This document shows, piece after piece, positions 1 to 13,565 of a stretch of DNA of 64,000 bases. The stretch is from IMG/VR virus record IMGVR_UViG_3300031994_000011, positions 32,001-96,000 of that record. The stretch is one strand, 5' to 3'. The stretch comes from a virus. Lineage: Duplodnaviria > Caudoviricetes. How positions within the stretch are numbered: the stretch's first letter is position 1; each line of letters starts with the position of its first letter. The notes under the pieces were generated by a model. It was given only the letters and a program-made list of their open reading frames with translations, had not been told where the DNA came from and ran no database searches. The position numbers and the translations under genes were made by a program.

Positions 1-2
1 AT

Positions 3-3000
3 ACGAATGTTATGTCTGGCGGAGTGGTAGTTAAAGGAACTGGTGTTGGATCGGCAAAAACTATTGATTTTTCTTATGAAGCTGGTGGAGTTCAACATAA
101 CGCTACTCAAACAGCCTCTGGCGCCGGGTCTTTCTCTGAAGGAATAAATACAATTGCTAGCGGTATAGGTGCTCATGCTTAGGGCAATACAAGTGAAGCT
201 TCTGGAATTAACGCACATGCTGAAGGGTCAGGAACAAAAGCAACTAATTATGATACGCATGCTGAAGGATATTATACACAAGCAACTGGTCCATTAAGTC
301 ATGCCGAAGGGAGCACAACCGTTGCTAGTGGTAACGATTCACATGCTGAAGGCAGTATAACTGTTGCTTCTGGCAATCATTCACATGCTGAAGGTGATAG
401 AACAACAGCTTCTGGCGATGTATCACACGCTGAAGGTATTTTTTCAACAGCTTCCGGAAATTACTCTCACGCAGAAAATTATCAGGGTGAAGCTTCTGGA
501 GAAAATTCTCATGCTGAAGGATATATTTCAAAAGCTACTAAAAATTCTGCTCATGCTGAAGGTTATAGAACTGAAGCAAAAGGCAATTATTCTCACTCTG
601 AAGGTTATGAAACTGTAGTTACTGGTGAAGCGGCCCATGCTGAAGGACATCAAGCTTCTGCAAGTAAAGCTAGCGCCCACGCTGAAGGTTATCATACTCA
701 AGCTACTAATAATAATACACATGCTTAGGGATATTTTACTGTTGCTAGTGGATTAAATTCACATGCTTAGGGAGAATTTACAAATGCTGTTGGAAAAGAT
801 AGCCATGCTGAAGGATATTATACTTATGCTAATGGAATAAATAGCCATTCAGAAGGATACGCGACGTGGGTAAATGGAGATTATTCTCATGCTGGTGGAT
901 ATTATACAATTGCTTCGGGTAATAATCAATATGTAAGTGGTAAATATAATATAGAAGATTTAAATAATTTATACGCTGTTATTGTTGGTATTGGTACATA
1001 TAACAATAATAGATTAAATGGTTACACGTTGGATTGGAGCGGTAATGGTTGGTATGCAGGAAAAGTGTCTGTAACTGATACTACTCCTGTACTTAATACT
1101 GATTTAACATCTAAATTATACGTAGATACAATGCTTGCCTTAAAAGCAGATATTCAAGATATACCTGATATTTCTGGCAAAGCAGATAAGGTGTCTAATG
1201 CCACAAGTGGAAACTTTGCTAGCCTTGATGCTAATGGTAATTTAATCGATAGCGGTCATAAACATTCTGATTATCTTACTGAGCATCAAGATATTAGTGG
1301 AAAACAAGATAAACTTACATTTGATGCTATACCTACACAATCAAGTAATAATCCCGTAACAAGCGGCGGAATTAAAAGTGCGCTCAGTGGCCTTGAATGG
1401 TCATTATCTGAAAGAGCTAATATGATTGATGATAGAGTCGATGATTTACAAAATGATATTGCTGGACATACAATGGATATAGCTTTGTTAGAATCTAATA
1501 TAACTAGTCTTGAAACTAATAAACAAGATAAATTAACATTTGATATTACTCCTAGAGCCTATAGCAATAATCCCGTTACTAGCGGTGGTATATATAATGC
1601 AATAACAAATATTAAAACAATGCAAATTCATATTTGCACTAATGAAGAATATAATTCTTAGACTGGTATTCCAATTATTAACTCTCCAGATACAAAAACA
1701 TTTTATTTAGTGCCTGGAGGAGAAGGAAATAATTTATATATTGAATGGGTATATATTAATAATACATGGGAACAATTTGGTAGCGCAACTATAGATTTAA
1801 GTGATTATGCTATAAAAAATGAAATACCTGAAATGATATTTGCCCCTCAGCCACTTATCGTAACTGTTCTTAATGGAGAACGAGCGATTAGATATAATAC
1901 TGGTGAATTATATAATAGTTCTGCTTATAACGCTAGTGATTATGTTGATTTGTCTGGTATATATGCTATTCGTTATAAACGTACAAAAACAACCGCTTCG
2001 TCTTCTGCTATTGGAATTGCATTTTATGATACTTCAAAAACTTATGCTAATTCTGGAGTACAAGTAGTTCTTAATTAGAAAGCTTTTGGTTATGCTGGAT
2101 TCTATGATGTTATTGTACCAGAAGGTGCAGCATATGTACGATTTACAATGATTGCTGATACATAGACTTATGGTGATTTTGAAGCGTATGGGTTAAGAAA
2201 AACTCTTACATTTGATAATACACCAACTGCTAATAGTACAAATCCAGTTACTAGTGGTGGCGTATATAGGGCTATTACAAATATAAAAACAATGGGTATA
2301 CATATTTGTACAAGTTAGGAATATAATTCATAGACGGGTATTCCAACAGTAGCCTCCCCCGATACTAAAACATTCTATCTTGTTCCTGGTGGAGAAGGAA
2401 GTAATTTATATATTGAATGGGTTTATGTTAATAATGCTTGGTAGCAATTTGGTAGCGCGACTATAGATTTAAGCGGCTATGCGCTATTGTCTGATATTCC
2501 TTCAAATGTAAGTGAATTTACAAATGATGCTGGATATCTTACTTAGCATCAAGATATTTCAGGTAAGGCAGATAAATCAGATACAGTTCTTAATACTACA
2601 TTATCTAGAGGAAGAAAAGCTAATACCACTATTGGAGAAGGTTCTTTTGCTTTTGGAATAGATACAACAGCAAGTGGAGCATATTCACATGCATAGGGAA
2701 ATAACACATCGGCTGCCAGAGACTATTCACATGCAGAAGGCTTTAATACAAAAGCTCATGGATATTATTCTCATGCAGAGGGTCATGGCTCAATAGCATC
2801 TAATACTTGTTCTCATGCTGAGGGCTCCGGCACAATAGCATCTGCTATTTGTTCTCATGCTGAAGGCTAGAGTACAACAGCTAGTGAAGCCGGTTCACAT
2901 GCTGAAGGTACAAATACAGTAGCTTCTGGTAATTATTCTCATGCTGAAGGTGGAAGTACAGTAGCATCTGGATTGGTATCACATGCAGAAGGTGGCACCA

Positions 3001-5327
3001 CAACAGCATCTGGAGACGGCTCTCATGCAGAAGGTACATATACAGTAGCTTCTGGAGTTTGCTCACATGCTGAAGGAACGAATACAGTAGCAACTGGTTA
3101 TATACAACATGTTAGTGGAAAATATAATATTTAGGATTTAAATAATAAGTATGCTGAAATTGTTGGTATTGGTACATATGATAACGCTAGAGCTAATGGC
3201 CGCACATTAGATTGGAATGGTAACGCATAGTATGCTGGTAAAGTAAGTGTTGGAAATACCATTCCTACAAAAAATAATGATTTAACTTCAAAAGCCTACG
3301 TTGATTCTGTAGTTCCAACAAATGTGTCCGATCTGTCGAATGACGTTGGATACATTACAGATGAAGATTTTATTCCCGAACAGCTTACGGCGATGGTTTC
3401 AGCAGAAGAGAAATTTATCGCGTATACAACAGGTAGCACAAATACAGCATCTTACTACAATGCGTCTGAGTTTGTAGATGTTTCGGATTGGTATGCCATA
3501 AGGTATAAACGTGCAAAGTCAACCGTGTCAACAACTACGGTCGGCATGGCATTTTACGATGATACGCAAACCTTTATCCCTGATTCTGGTGTGCAGAATG
3601 TCATCGGTGACGCTGTTGGTTATGCCGGGATGTATGATGTTATCGTTCCACAGGGCGCAAAGTATGCGCGGTTTTCTATCCTGTCCGACACAGCAACATA
3701 TGGGATATTTGAACTGTATGGCATTAGTCGGGAAGTGTACGAACTTGGATTGAAAGTTGATAAGGTCGTTGGTGCTGTCTCCGGTAATTTCGCCGCACTT
3801 GATTCAAACGGAAATCTGGCTGATAGTGGGGTAAAGGCAAGCGACTATTTGACAAAAGCTGAATATACGATTGATTCGTCTCTTGATTCACTGTCGGATA
3901 ATCCGGTAAAAAACAAAACCATAACTGCAGAAACACAGGGAATCCGAAGTGTTATTCTTTCTGGTTATGCTCCTGCTGAGTCACCGGCATTTGAATCAGG
4001 CAACTGGAAAACTTCGGACGGTTCGTCCGGTACGAATCCAAAGCGCATTCGTCAAACAAAGGCAACTCAGATAAATTCGCTTAATTATTATATTCGTGCT
4101 GAAGATGGTGTGCTTATTGTTCCATACTATTATAATGGTGATACATTTATCGGGTATGGACCAGAATGGCGGTCTGAATATTATGTTGCTGTTGATGCTT
4201 TAACTGGAGCTACCGGATTTAGACTGCTTGTAAGAACAGACCCGGAAGTTGATCTATCCGAATCGGTGCAGGAAACCGTGGCAAAGGTACATTTTTATCG
4301 TGAAAACAAGATTGATAAAGTAAGTGGTGCGACCGCTGGAAATTTTGCTGCTCTTGATGCGAGTGGAAGTTTAATAGATAGCGGGAACAAAGCAAGCGAT
4401 TTTGTAACGGATGTACAAGTCAATGGAACAAGTGTGTTGAACAATGGTATAGCTAATATACCTAAAGCTTCTTCTTCTGGCTTCGGTGTAATAAAAGCTG
4501 GCGGAGCTTTAAGGTCTGGGGCTGAAATTACCGGCGGAAATGCTGATGTAATGTACGTTCAATCAACAACAATAAATGGAACAAGATTAGGTACATCTGA
4601 CACTTTTCCTATTACTCCATCTGTTGAACATTCTGCCACATTTTACGGCCTTGCCAAAGCCGCAGGGGACGCCACACAGGCCACTTCAGAAAATGCCGTG
4701 GGTACATATACGGATGACGCAAAAGCATCAATCAGGACGATGCTCGGAGCAGTCGGAAATGCGAATTATGCGACATCATCAACTGGTGGCGTAGTAAAAA
4801 TAGATATAGCTAATGGATTATATATTAGTCCTGCCGGACAACTATATGTCAATCGTGCAAATGATGCACAAGTTAAAACGTCCTCTTCTGATACAAGAGC
4901 AATTACGCCAACCATTCAACATTCTTCTACTTTCTATGGACTGGCTAAAGCGGCGGGAGATACTACGCAATCAAGTTCAAGCAACGCTGTAGGAAGTTAT
5001 ACAACAGAAGCAAAAGCAGCAATACAAACAATGTTAGGAGTTGAATCTGGCGTATCTTTCGTAGAAACCATTTCTGGTACAGATGTTACTATTCCTGGTA
5101 TTCCAAATACTAGATATGTTTGTGGTGAGGTTAGCACAATTTCTATTACTCCACCATCTGCAGGAACCATCATTGTTCGCTTTACTAGCGGAACTACGGC
5201 AGCAGTATTAACATTACCTTCTACAGTTAAAATGCCCGACTGGTGGAATGGCGTTTCTACTAATTATATCTATTAGATTTGTATTTAGGATGGTGTGTAT
5301 GGGAGCGTGATGGCATGGCCAGTTTAA
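3..5327 (+). CDS. Large tail fibre/adhesin-like virion protein (5'-partial), TAG read through
   Basis: ORF-track pieces 1029, 1710 and 3324 share one frame separated by TAGs. It carries SHAEG 14-aa repeats (YadA-head-like), LTEHQDISGK and KQDKLTFD motifs, and ends at TAA 5325-5327. Confidence 0.8.
100..920 (+). repeat. Tandem 42-bp (14-aa) xxTxASGxxSHAEG coding repeats, block 1
   Basis: CATGCTGAAGG recurs about every 42 nt; some copies read CATGCTTAGGG. Confidence 0.9.
2630..3110 (+). repeat. Tandem 42-bp SHAEG coding repeats, block 2
   Basis: CATGC(T/A)GA(A/G)GG recurs about every 42 nt. Confidence 0.9.
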
Positions 5328-7294
5328 CGCATACAATAAGTGGAAATATAGTACAAATAAGAAGTCCTGATGAAACTTCTATCAATTCATTAAAAGTATA
5401 TTTTTCACCAAAACAATCAGGAAGTGGCACTCCATCACCAACTAATATAAGAGCAATTACTGGATGGACTGATTTTAACATTTATAAAGGAAAAAATATA
5501 ATTCCATCTATAGCAGAGTATGTATCTGGAAAATTTATTTCTGATACTGGTGATATAGGATCAACTAGTTATTATATGTATTTAAAAAATTTTATTCCAG
5601 TTCAGCCTAATACAAATTATACATTTAGCTTTAATAAAGTTTCTGCTGCTAGTCGCGCGGTTACAGTACCATTTTACAACGCAAATCAAGAATTTATAAG
5701 TCGTATTGTCGCGATGAATAATACTAAAGAAACAGGAAATCTCAATTGTAGTTTTACAACTCCTGAAAATACATATTTTATACGAGTATCACTTCCAGAT
5801 CGTTCTGAAAATATACAACTTGAATTAGGCACAACAGCTACTTCATATATAGAAACTGCGCCAATTGAAATAACATTGGAGAATACATATTATTATGGTT
5901 ATATGGATCTCGTAGCTGGACAACTTGTAAAAACACATGGATATATTGAATATGATGGCAGCGAAGATGAAAATTGGGAAGATCAAATTTTTCAAGATAA
6001 TTATAATTTTTATATAACTGCACCTTCGGATGCAAAAGTTAATACAACTCTTAATGATGATCTTATATGTAACGTGTCTACTAGTTCTGAAGGAAGCTTA
6101 CAAAATAATAAAATAAAAATCTCTAAGGCAAGATATTTTAATGCTGATATTGGAACAGCATTAAATATTTCATCTGCTTCTGATTTTAAAACATGGTTAT
6201 CAGAGCATCCAATGCAAGTAGTATATAAACTCGCAACGCCGGAAACAATTCAACTCACTGCTCAACAAATGAAAGTCAATCAGGGAGCAACAAGCATATG
6301 GAGTAATTCTAATAATAATGTAGAAATAAATTATAATTTACATGAAACATCAGAAATACAAGCTATAAAACATAGCATACTTGTTATGTCTGCAGATAAT
6401 GGATATCAAGAGGTTGAATGGTTGTATAGGAATAAGAATAATGCCGGTCCATATTGTCGATTAAATTGGAATTTAGTTATAGGTGATCAAATAACAACAA
6501 AAACACTTATGCTTGATACAGCAAAAACAGAGTCAGCATTTGGCGCAAGCACAAGCCCAGGCTCGGTAGAATTATATTATAAAGTAACTAGTGGAGATTT
6601 AACAACATGGCAATCTACTAGTAATACATGGATTGATAATACTACAACTACTTTAAATATACCAAATGAACTTAATACTACAGTTATTAGTCCATTTACA
6701 TTTCAAATGTGGGGCTGCTATCGCATAGGCAGATATCCTTTTATGGGGCGTTTATATGGAGTTACTGTAAAAAATAGTAATAATGTTTTAATACACAACC
6801 TTGTTCCTTGTTTTAGAAAACGGGATAATATTCCAGGATTTTTTGATAAAATTACGAAACAATTTTATCCTAATGCTGCAGATACGGGTAGTTTTGAATT
6901 ACCTGTATATATAGGTGGTTTACCAGTACTTATAAATAATGCTTATTTTAGTTCTTCAATAGACGGAAATGGAAAATTTAATAATTATTCTGAAAATAAT
7001 GACTGGTTTCTTACTGGTCCATTTGATACTGGAAGTTCATAGTCTAAAAGTTATACGTGTACACGACATAGCTCAGCAATAATCGGTAATACAAGTAATA
7101 AAATACGTTTTTATAACGATATTAATGCAGATAGTATTGATTATTGGATATTAAGCGGTTCTGATGAACCACGAACTTTTACATCTAGTGGACGATATAT
7201 AATAATTGGTATATACAAGCCAAAAGCTGCAGACTCTTATTTATATGATAATACCAATCAACGTTATATTTTTAAAGGTTCTAATGTAACCTAA
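5315..7294 (+). CDS. Tail-associated structural protein
   Basis: Starts MASLTHTISG; QSGSGTPSPTNIRAITGW and IQLELGTTATSY motifs; one in-frame TAG at 7040; TAA at 7292-7294. Confidence 0.7.
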
Positions 7295-7308
7295 AGGAGG
7301 AATTTACT

Positions 7309-7578
7309 ATGACTTATTATGCTCAAAGAAAATCTATTTTAAATGGTGAACCCCAGACTGTTAATAACAGATATGGCACTAGAAAAGAAATGGAATATCA
7401 ATTTTATCTTTATTGCGCGAACGCGGTAAAGAATGATGCTGGCTATGAAGTAGACGCAGTAGAATGGGGTACTGTAGAACAGGGTGCTCTTGAAAGAAAG
7501 CGTTGGATCAATGAAGTTGAACCAGCTCAATAGGTTGAACCGGCTCAATAGGTTGAACCAGAGGAAGAAAATCCTTAA
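7309..7578 (+). CDS. Hypothetical protein with C-terminal EVEPAQ repeats
   Basis: AGGAGG RBS; two TAGs inside an 18-bp repeat; TAA at 7576. Confidence 0.8.
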
Positions 7579-7641
7579 TTAACGTATGAAAAAAATAATG
7601 AAACTTTCATTTATAAAAAGTACTTTTAGAATGAAAGGAAC

Positions 7642-7677
7642 TGGGGTTCTGATTATACAGAACCCCACTTTTTTTAT
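7642..7677 (+). terminator. Intrinsic terminator
   Basis: TGGGGTTCTG...CAGAACCCCA followed by a T run. Confidence 0.75.
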
Positions 7678-7701
7678 AGTATATTATCAGGAGGGATAAA
7701 T

Positions 7702-7983
7702 ATGCCTTCACTAGATTGGAACACAGAAAGACATAGAACAAGAGATCTATTATTAGAACACATTTATCCTTGGGAAAGTGATGGAAGTCAAAACATTCCT
7801 TCTCAAAAATAGATTATGTTTGGAACTTTTGAAGATTTTCCTGAAATTGGAGATTCAGATAAACTTTATTTTAATACAGATGATAAAATTTTATATTATT
7901 ATGATAATAAAATATAGGAATATTATCCTATTCATAGTTATACTATAGATAATATAGCAGTAATTCCAGAATAGCAGGAATAA
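7702..7983 (+). CDS. Hypothetical protein (3 TAG)
   Basis: GGAGG RBS; open to TAA when TAG is read; FPEIGDSDKLYF motif seen in phage tail-region proteins. Confidence 0.7.
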
Positions 7984-7995
7984 TGAGGTGATATT

Positions 7996-8493
7996 ATGAA
8001 TATAATGACGAAACGCGGACAAATGGATAATGTTGTTACCTATTAGTACTATTGTGATACAGCTAACGACCTTCAAAATATACCACAATAGCACACCACT
8101 CTAGGAAGCGTTGCTATTGTTTTATCTGGCAGTGATGGAGGTCTTTAGATATATATTGCTAATTCTAATAAATAGTGGAATCAATTAACTTCTATAGGTG
8201 GAAGTGGTAGTAGTAGTAGTGATATTGATTTATCTAATTATTTATTAAAAAGCGATATTGCTGCTTGGGCAAAGACAGAGAATAAACCTACTTATACTGC
8301 TCAATAGGTTGGCGCGCTACCCTCTAATACAGTTATTCCAAGTTTAAGTGGGTATGCTACATAGGCTTATGTAAATGCTAGAATTCCTACTCCTCCACAA
8401 AATAATGGTACATATAATTTACAATTAACTGTAAATAATGGACAATTAACTTATCAATGGATAAATATGAGTTCTTTCCTATAGGCTGATTAA
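7996..8493 (+). CDS. Hypothetical virion protein, N-terminal paralog of 10154..10351
   Basis: KRGQMDN(V/I)VTY*...TLGSVAIVL shared with the 10154 gene; several TAGs. Confidence 0.75.
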
Positions 8494-8524
8494 TTTTATA
8501 ATTAATAAAAAAGGAGTGATTTAC

Positions 8525-9130
8525 ATGAAAATTAGTGAATTAGCTTCAGTAAATGATGATACAGCGCCTTTTTCAGGCAATAGATATGTAATTATAGATC
8601 AAGTTGATAATGGTCCAAATTATTCTCATCAAACAAAAAAATATGCTTTATCAAATTTTGTTCTTACTAATGATTTATCTAACTATGCAACTTTTAATGA
8701 TTTATCTGATTATATAACACAAAATGATTTGTCTGGTTATATCACTCAAAATGATTTATCTAACTATGCAACTTTTAATGATTTATCTGATTATATAACA
8801 CAAAATGATTTGTCTGGTTATATCACTCAAAATGATTTATCTGACTATGTTACTCAGGATAATTTATCTAATTATATAACTATTAATGCATTAGGTGATG
8901 AACAAATTCCAATGATGATAAGTAGTAATGAATATAGCGGAGTAACCAGTGATTACATAGTAAGACGTGCTTATGCATCAGGGAATGTATACTCATAGAT
9001 TAATAATAATCCTCTTAGTGATTATGATTTATTAATTAGTGCACATGATCAAAATGGCAATTATCAATAGTTATTAAAAGTAAGTATTACTGAATTAGCC
9101 CAATATATCCAAAATTATTCTCCAACGTAA
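8525..9130 (+). CDS. Hypothetical protein with NDLSxYxTx 9-aa repeats
   Basis: 27-bp repeats at about 8668-8880; two TAGs; TAA at 9128. Confidence 0.75.
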
Positions 9131-9143
9131 AGGAGTTTAAATA

Positions 9144-10130
9144 ATGAAGCTACAATTATTAATTCCTCAATATAAAGAAACAGAAAAAACTATTAAGTTT
9201 ATGCTTAATAGTATAGAACAACAACTTAATATCAACTTTAATAAAGACTTTGAAGTCTTAATAGGAAATGATGGCTCTGATATACTATTATCTAAAAAAT
9301 TTCTTCAGAACTATTCATTTCCTATAAAATATTACAAATTCTAGCATACTCGACTAGCAGGTTGCCGCCAAAAGCTTTTTGAAAAATCTACAGCAGATTA
9401 TATTATGTACTGTGATGCTGATGATGCTTTTATAAGTACAATCGCGCTCTCACTTATATTTAATTTTATAAAAGATAATTTTGATATATTAAATTGTACT
9501 TTTTTTGAATAGCATCATAAAGAAAATGGAACATTTTATGTTCCTCATATAGATGATAAAACATTTGTACACGGTAAAGTATATCGGCGCGCCTTCCTAA
9601 TAGAAAATAATATTAATTGGCATCAAGAATTATATGAACATCAAGATGGTTGTTATACAGCATTAGCATTGTCTCTTTCAAAAAAAACACTTAATTGTAA
9701 TATACCCTTATACCTATGGCATAATAATCCAAACTCTATTGCTCGTAAAGATGGCGAATTACATATAATAAAAACATTTAATCATTTCTTAGATGCGCAA
9801 ACTTATCTTGTTAATGATTATCTTGAGCATAAATTATAGACAAGCGCTATATACCATGCCAATTATATTATGTATTATTGTTATTACATAATGATGAATA
9901 ATTTATGGTATTTAAACTAGAATTTTAGTTACCGAAATAATGCTTATGCTAGAATAGCTAAATTTTATAGAAACTTTAAATTTCTTTTAGAAAAAGAAGT
10001 TGATTAGGAAAAATTAAAAAAAATATTAACCTAGCTTAAAAAAATACTAAATGAAATGTATCCACAAAGACTAACTCATTCTTTACCAGAATTTGAAAAA
10101 TGGATGCAATGTATTTTAGCATTATATTAA
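9144..10130 (+). CDS. Glycosyltransferase family 2
   Basis: LLIPQYKE, EVLIGNDGS and YIMYCDADD (DxD) GT-A motifs; continuous only if TAG is sense. Confidence 0.8.
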
Positions 10131-10153
10131 TTATAAAAAGGAGTGTGACTAAA

Positions 10154-10351
10154 ATGGCATATATAACATCAAAACGTGGCCAAATGGATAACATAGTCAC
10201 ATATTAGCATATATGCGATCATATTGAAGATCTCGCTAATATAGATCCACATGATATTACCTTAGGTAGTGTAGCAATTGTTCTATAGGGCAATTCCGGT
10301 TTAGAAGTATATATGGCAAATAGTGAAAAATAGTGGGTCTCTTTAACTTAA
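10154..10351 (+). CDS. Small hypothetical protein (paralog of 7996 gene)
   Basis: AGGAG RBS; 3 TAG; TAA end. Confidence 0.7.
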
Positions 10352-10377
10352 ATTAACTAAAAGAGGTGAAAAAATCA

Positions 10378-12183
10378 ATGGATATTATAGATATTTTACT
10401 AGCAAAAGCAATGACCCCGCAAGGTCAAATTGAAACTTATGCTGCTAAAGCCGCTACTGCCGCAACACAAGCAAGCCAAGCCTTATCAGAAGCAAATGAA
10501 GCAATAGAATATTTAGACACTATCTCTTCTAATGTTGGCGCGGCCGCAGCTACAGAAATTGATAAATTAGCTTTAACCTTAACACAAACAGATGCTTCTT
10601 CTTATATCAGTAATAATATTTAGGCTTCTTATCCCAGTAGTAAAGAAGAGACTCTTACAGATGTTGTAAAATATTATAAAACAACAGGCAATAATGAAGA
10701 TGGCACAATGACGCAAAAAGCTATTACTGAAGCGCTTTCTAATGCCGGTGGCGGGCCCTTTAATCTTGGTGCTGATAATGCAGGAAAAATTGTTGTTATT
10801 GATGAGAATGGTAATATTATTTCAAGTACTAGTATTAGCGAGTCTGATTTAATAGATATATTAATGAAAACAGATGATTTCTTAGTAGATGGTGTTGTTG
10901 GTTTAAATATTGATTATACTAACTATACTTATACCAGAACGCAAGAAGCAGAAAATTATAATGATAGCTCTGATTTTAATAAATACGCTATGTATGGTGG
11001 AAGAAAACGTTGTCTTGTTTCTAATAATGGTGAAATTGTAGCTTTTTATGGTGATAATAATTATAATGAAAACTCATCAAACGGGTATCAAGTAATGGTA
11101 TATCAGCCAAAATTTTATTATTATAGAAATATAATTAAAACAGACACTGTTTCTAATTCACAAATAGTTCGTAAAGAAAATATCATGATAAGCTCTACAC
11201 CACAACCAGGTTTTAAATTACATCCATTATTTATTAACGAAAATAATGAATAGATAGATTACGTCTTATTGCCAGCTTATGAAGGTTCTATCTAGTCTTC
11301 TGATAATAATTCTTATACTAATAATGTAATTCAAAATTTTGCTAACCAAAAACTTTCTTCTGTTTCAAATGCCTATCCAATTACAGGCGAAAATAACTAG
11401 TTAACAATAACTAATGCTGAAAAATTAGCAAATAACAGAGGAACGGGTTGGCACATAACAAATCTTCGTTTTGAAAGTGCTATGCAAATGCTACAAATGG
11501 TTGAATATGGTGGCTTAAATAGTCAAGAAAATATTGAATCTGGTATTTCAGATATTAGTGGTTCAAATGTATCTATAATTACTGGTTCAACTTCTACTTT
11601 AGGACAAGATAATTTTACTGGCCATGCGAGTCAAACTACTTTTTTAATCTCTGGAAGTTTAACAACTTATTCAGAAGAAGGAAAAAGAGCTATTGCTTAT
11701 CGTGGGGTTGAAAATCCTTGGGGTAATCTTTGGCGCTATGTTAATGGTATTAACTTAATTGGAAATGGTCTTAAACGTGGCGGTCAACCATACATTTGTA
11801 AAAATTATAATTATGATGAGGCAAATAATTATTAGGCATTAAACTTTACACTTCCGAATGCTTCTGGATGGATTTCTGGTTTTGGCTATAGTGGAGATAA
11901 ATATGATTGGGTATATCTTCCCGCAGAGTGCAATGGTGGAAATAGTTCTTTCCCTATTGGTGATAATGTTTGGCCAATGCCTAATTTAAATGGTACTAAT
12001 ATTGTTTCGTGTGGTGGCGCGGCATCTTATGGACTAAATAACGGAGCTTTTTATTATGCTGGAGATAGAAAAGCAACAGAATATACCTCTAGACAAAACG
12101 CCCGCTTAATGTATATTCCATTGTTATCTAATCAATATTATGCTTCTAATATTGTAAAATGGCAAAGTCATAACGGAGGATGA
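10378..12183 (+). CDS. Putative tail fibre/receptor-binding protein
   Basis: Four same-frame ORF pieces joined by TAG; QVMVYQPKFYY, GFKLHPLF and YRGVENPWGNLW motifs; TGA end. Confidence 0.7.
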
Positions 12184-12188
12184 TTATT

Positions 12189-12446
12189 ATGAAAAAAATA
12201 ACTAAAGTTCATAGCGATATATGTCCTCCAGAAATAAAAGTTATGGAAGGATATGTATTTGTTGCTTCTAATATTACCTAGTATACTGAAACAATAGATG
12301 ATAAATAGGTAACTGGATATTAGTATTCTTATACAATATATACTAAAGATTAGTATATTACATTGATAGCACAGCAAACCAAAGCAATTGAATAGCTTCA
12401 AGACGAGCTTTAGGCCGCAAAAATATTATTAGGAGTTGATGACTAA
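12189..12446 (+). CDS. Small tail-region protein (6 TAG)
   Basis: YTKD*YI matches a common phage Y.KDEYI motif. Confidence 0.7.
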
Positions 12447-12847
12447 TGGCTAAAAGTTTGAAATAGTTAGCGTTACAGATGCGCCCTATGATATAGTAGG
12501 CGGCTAGTTCGTTATCAGATAATGAAGCGTTAAAAGCGGTTAATCTTTTTCCTAAATGGGCAGTAGACAAAACTTATGAAACAGGCGTAAGAGTAAGATA
12601 TAATAAGGTATTATATAGATGCTTACACTATCATACTTCTAGAGAAACTTGGAATCCTGAAGCCTCTAGTGTAATATGGGAAAGAGTTGTTGCTACAGAG
12701 TAGCCAGAAGAAATTATTGAAGAATGGGATACTAATAAAAAGCCTTATTCTAAAGGTTCTAAAGTAACCTATAACGGAGATACTTGGGAATCTACTGTTA
12801 ATAATAATATATGGACTCCTGGTATTTATGGTTGGAATAAAATATAA
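12446..12847 (+). CDS. Carbohydrate-binding module (CBM5/12-like) protein
   Basis: FPKW...Y.TG.RVRYNKVLYRCL..HTS and YSKGSKVTYNGDTWES...WTPGIYGW. Confidence 0.7.
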
Positions 12848-12851
12848 AATT

Positions 12852-12880
12852 GGGCTCGCGTATGCGAGCCCTTATTTTTT
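12852..12880 (+). terminator. Intrinsic terminator ending the structural block
   Basis: GGGCTCGC-GTAT-GCGAGCCC followed by a T-rich tail. Confidence 0.85.
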
Positions 12881-12885
12881 ATTAT

Positions 12886-12914
12886 TTGACTTTTTTTTAA
12901 AATTATATTATAAT
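12886..12914 (+). promoter_or_regulatory. Sigma-A/70 consensus promoter
   Basis: TTGACT-17-TATAAT. Similar promoters occur near 13606, 14586, 16028, 18514, 20300, 23241, 24125, 29906, 32259, 39246, 44375, 47612, 55203, 57249 and 62606. Confidence 0.85.
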
Positions 12915-13031
12915 AAATATGTTGAAAGGGAAAATAATCCTGAGTAAACCCCTATGAAGAATCTGCAGAATTAGTAATAGGAAAATAGGGTAAGATAGGA
13001 CTTACCAAAAAAAATAAGGAGAGGAACTTAT

Positions 13032-13331
13032 ATGAAATACTATAGTGAAGTTACTAAGAAGTTCTACGATACAGCCGAAGCTTGTAATAAGGCAGAAGTA
13101 GAAATGGTTGAAAAGCAGAATGTTGAAAAGCTACGCAAAGAGAAGGAGGCCGCAGAACGTAAGGCTGCCGCGGACCAAGTAGAGGCCGCGAGAAAGGCTT
13201 ACGTTGAAGCGCATAAGAATTATAAAAAAGTTCTTACGGATTTTTGCGAAAAGTATGGACCTTATCATACTTCTCTGAATAAGAGTAATGCTGATGACTT
13301 TGATATTTTTGATATTTTCCACTGGCTATAA
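13032..13331 (+). CDS. Hypothetical coiled-coil protein
   Basis: ORF with strong RBS directly after a promoter. Confidence 0.8.
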   Translation: MKYYSEVTKKFYDTAEACNKAEVEMVEKQNVEKLRKEKEAAERKAAADQVEAARKAYVEAHKNYKKVLTDFCEKYGPYHTSLNKSNADDFDIFDIFHWL

Positions 13332-13356
13332 TAATAGGGCGCGTGAGCGCCCATGA

Positions 13357-13430
13357 CGGGGTATAGCGCAGTCTGGTAGCGCGTTCGGTTTGGGACCGAA
13401 ATGCCAGAGGTTCAAATCCTCTTACCCCGA
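13357..13430 (+). tRNA. tRNA-Pro(UGG)
   Basis: Cloverleaf CGGGGTA/TACCCCG; anticodon loop TT-TGG-GA. Confidence 0.95.
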
Positions 13431-13492
13431 TTATAAGTTAGCCCTTCAATTTTAAATTATATTTAAATCCTTACTTATTTGGGGCTAACTAT

Positions 13493-13565
13493 GGGGCATT
13501 AACTCAGTGGTGAGAGTGGCAGTCTTATAAACTGCTGGTCCTTGGTTCGAATCCAAGATGCCCTA
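13493..13565 (+). tRNA. tRNA-Ile(UAU)
   Basis: Cloverleaf; GCAGT-CT-TAT-AA-ACTGC. Confidence 0.9.

Noticed and set aside
10378-12183. Diversity-generating retroelement target
   Set aside because: The C-terminus is reminiscent of such proteins, but no reverse transcriptase or template repeat is visible in this window.
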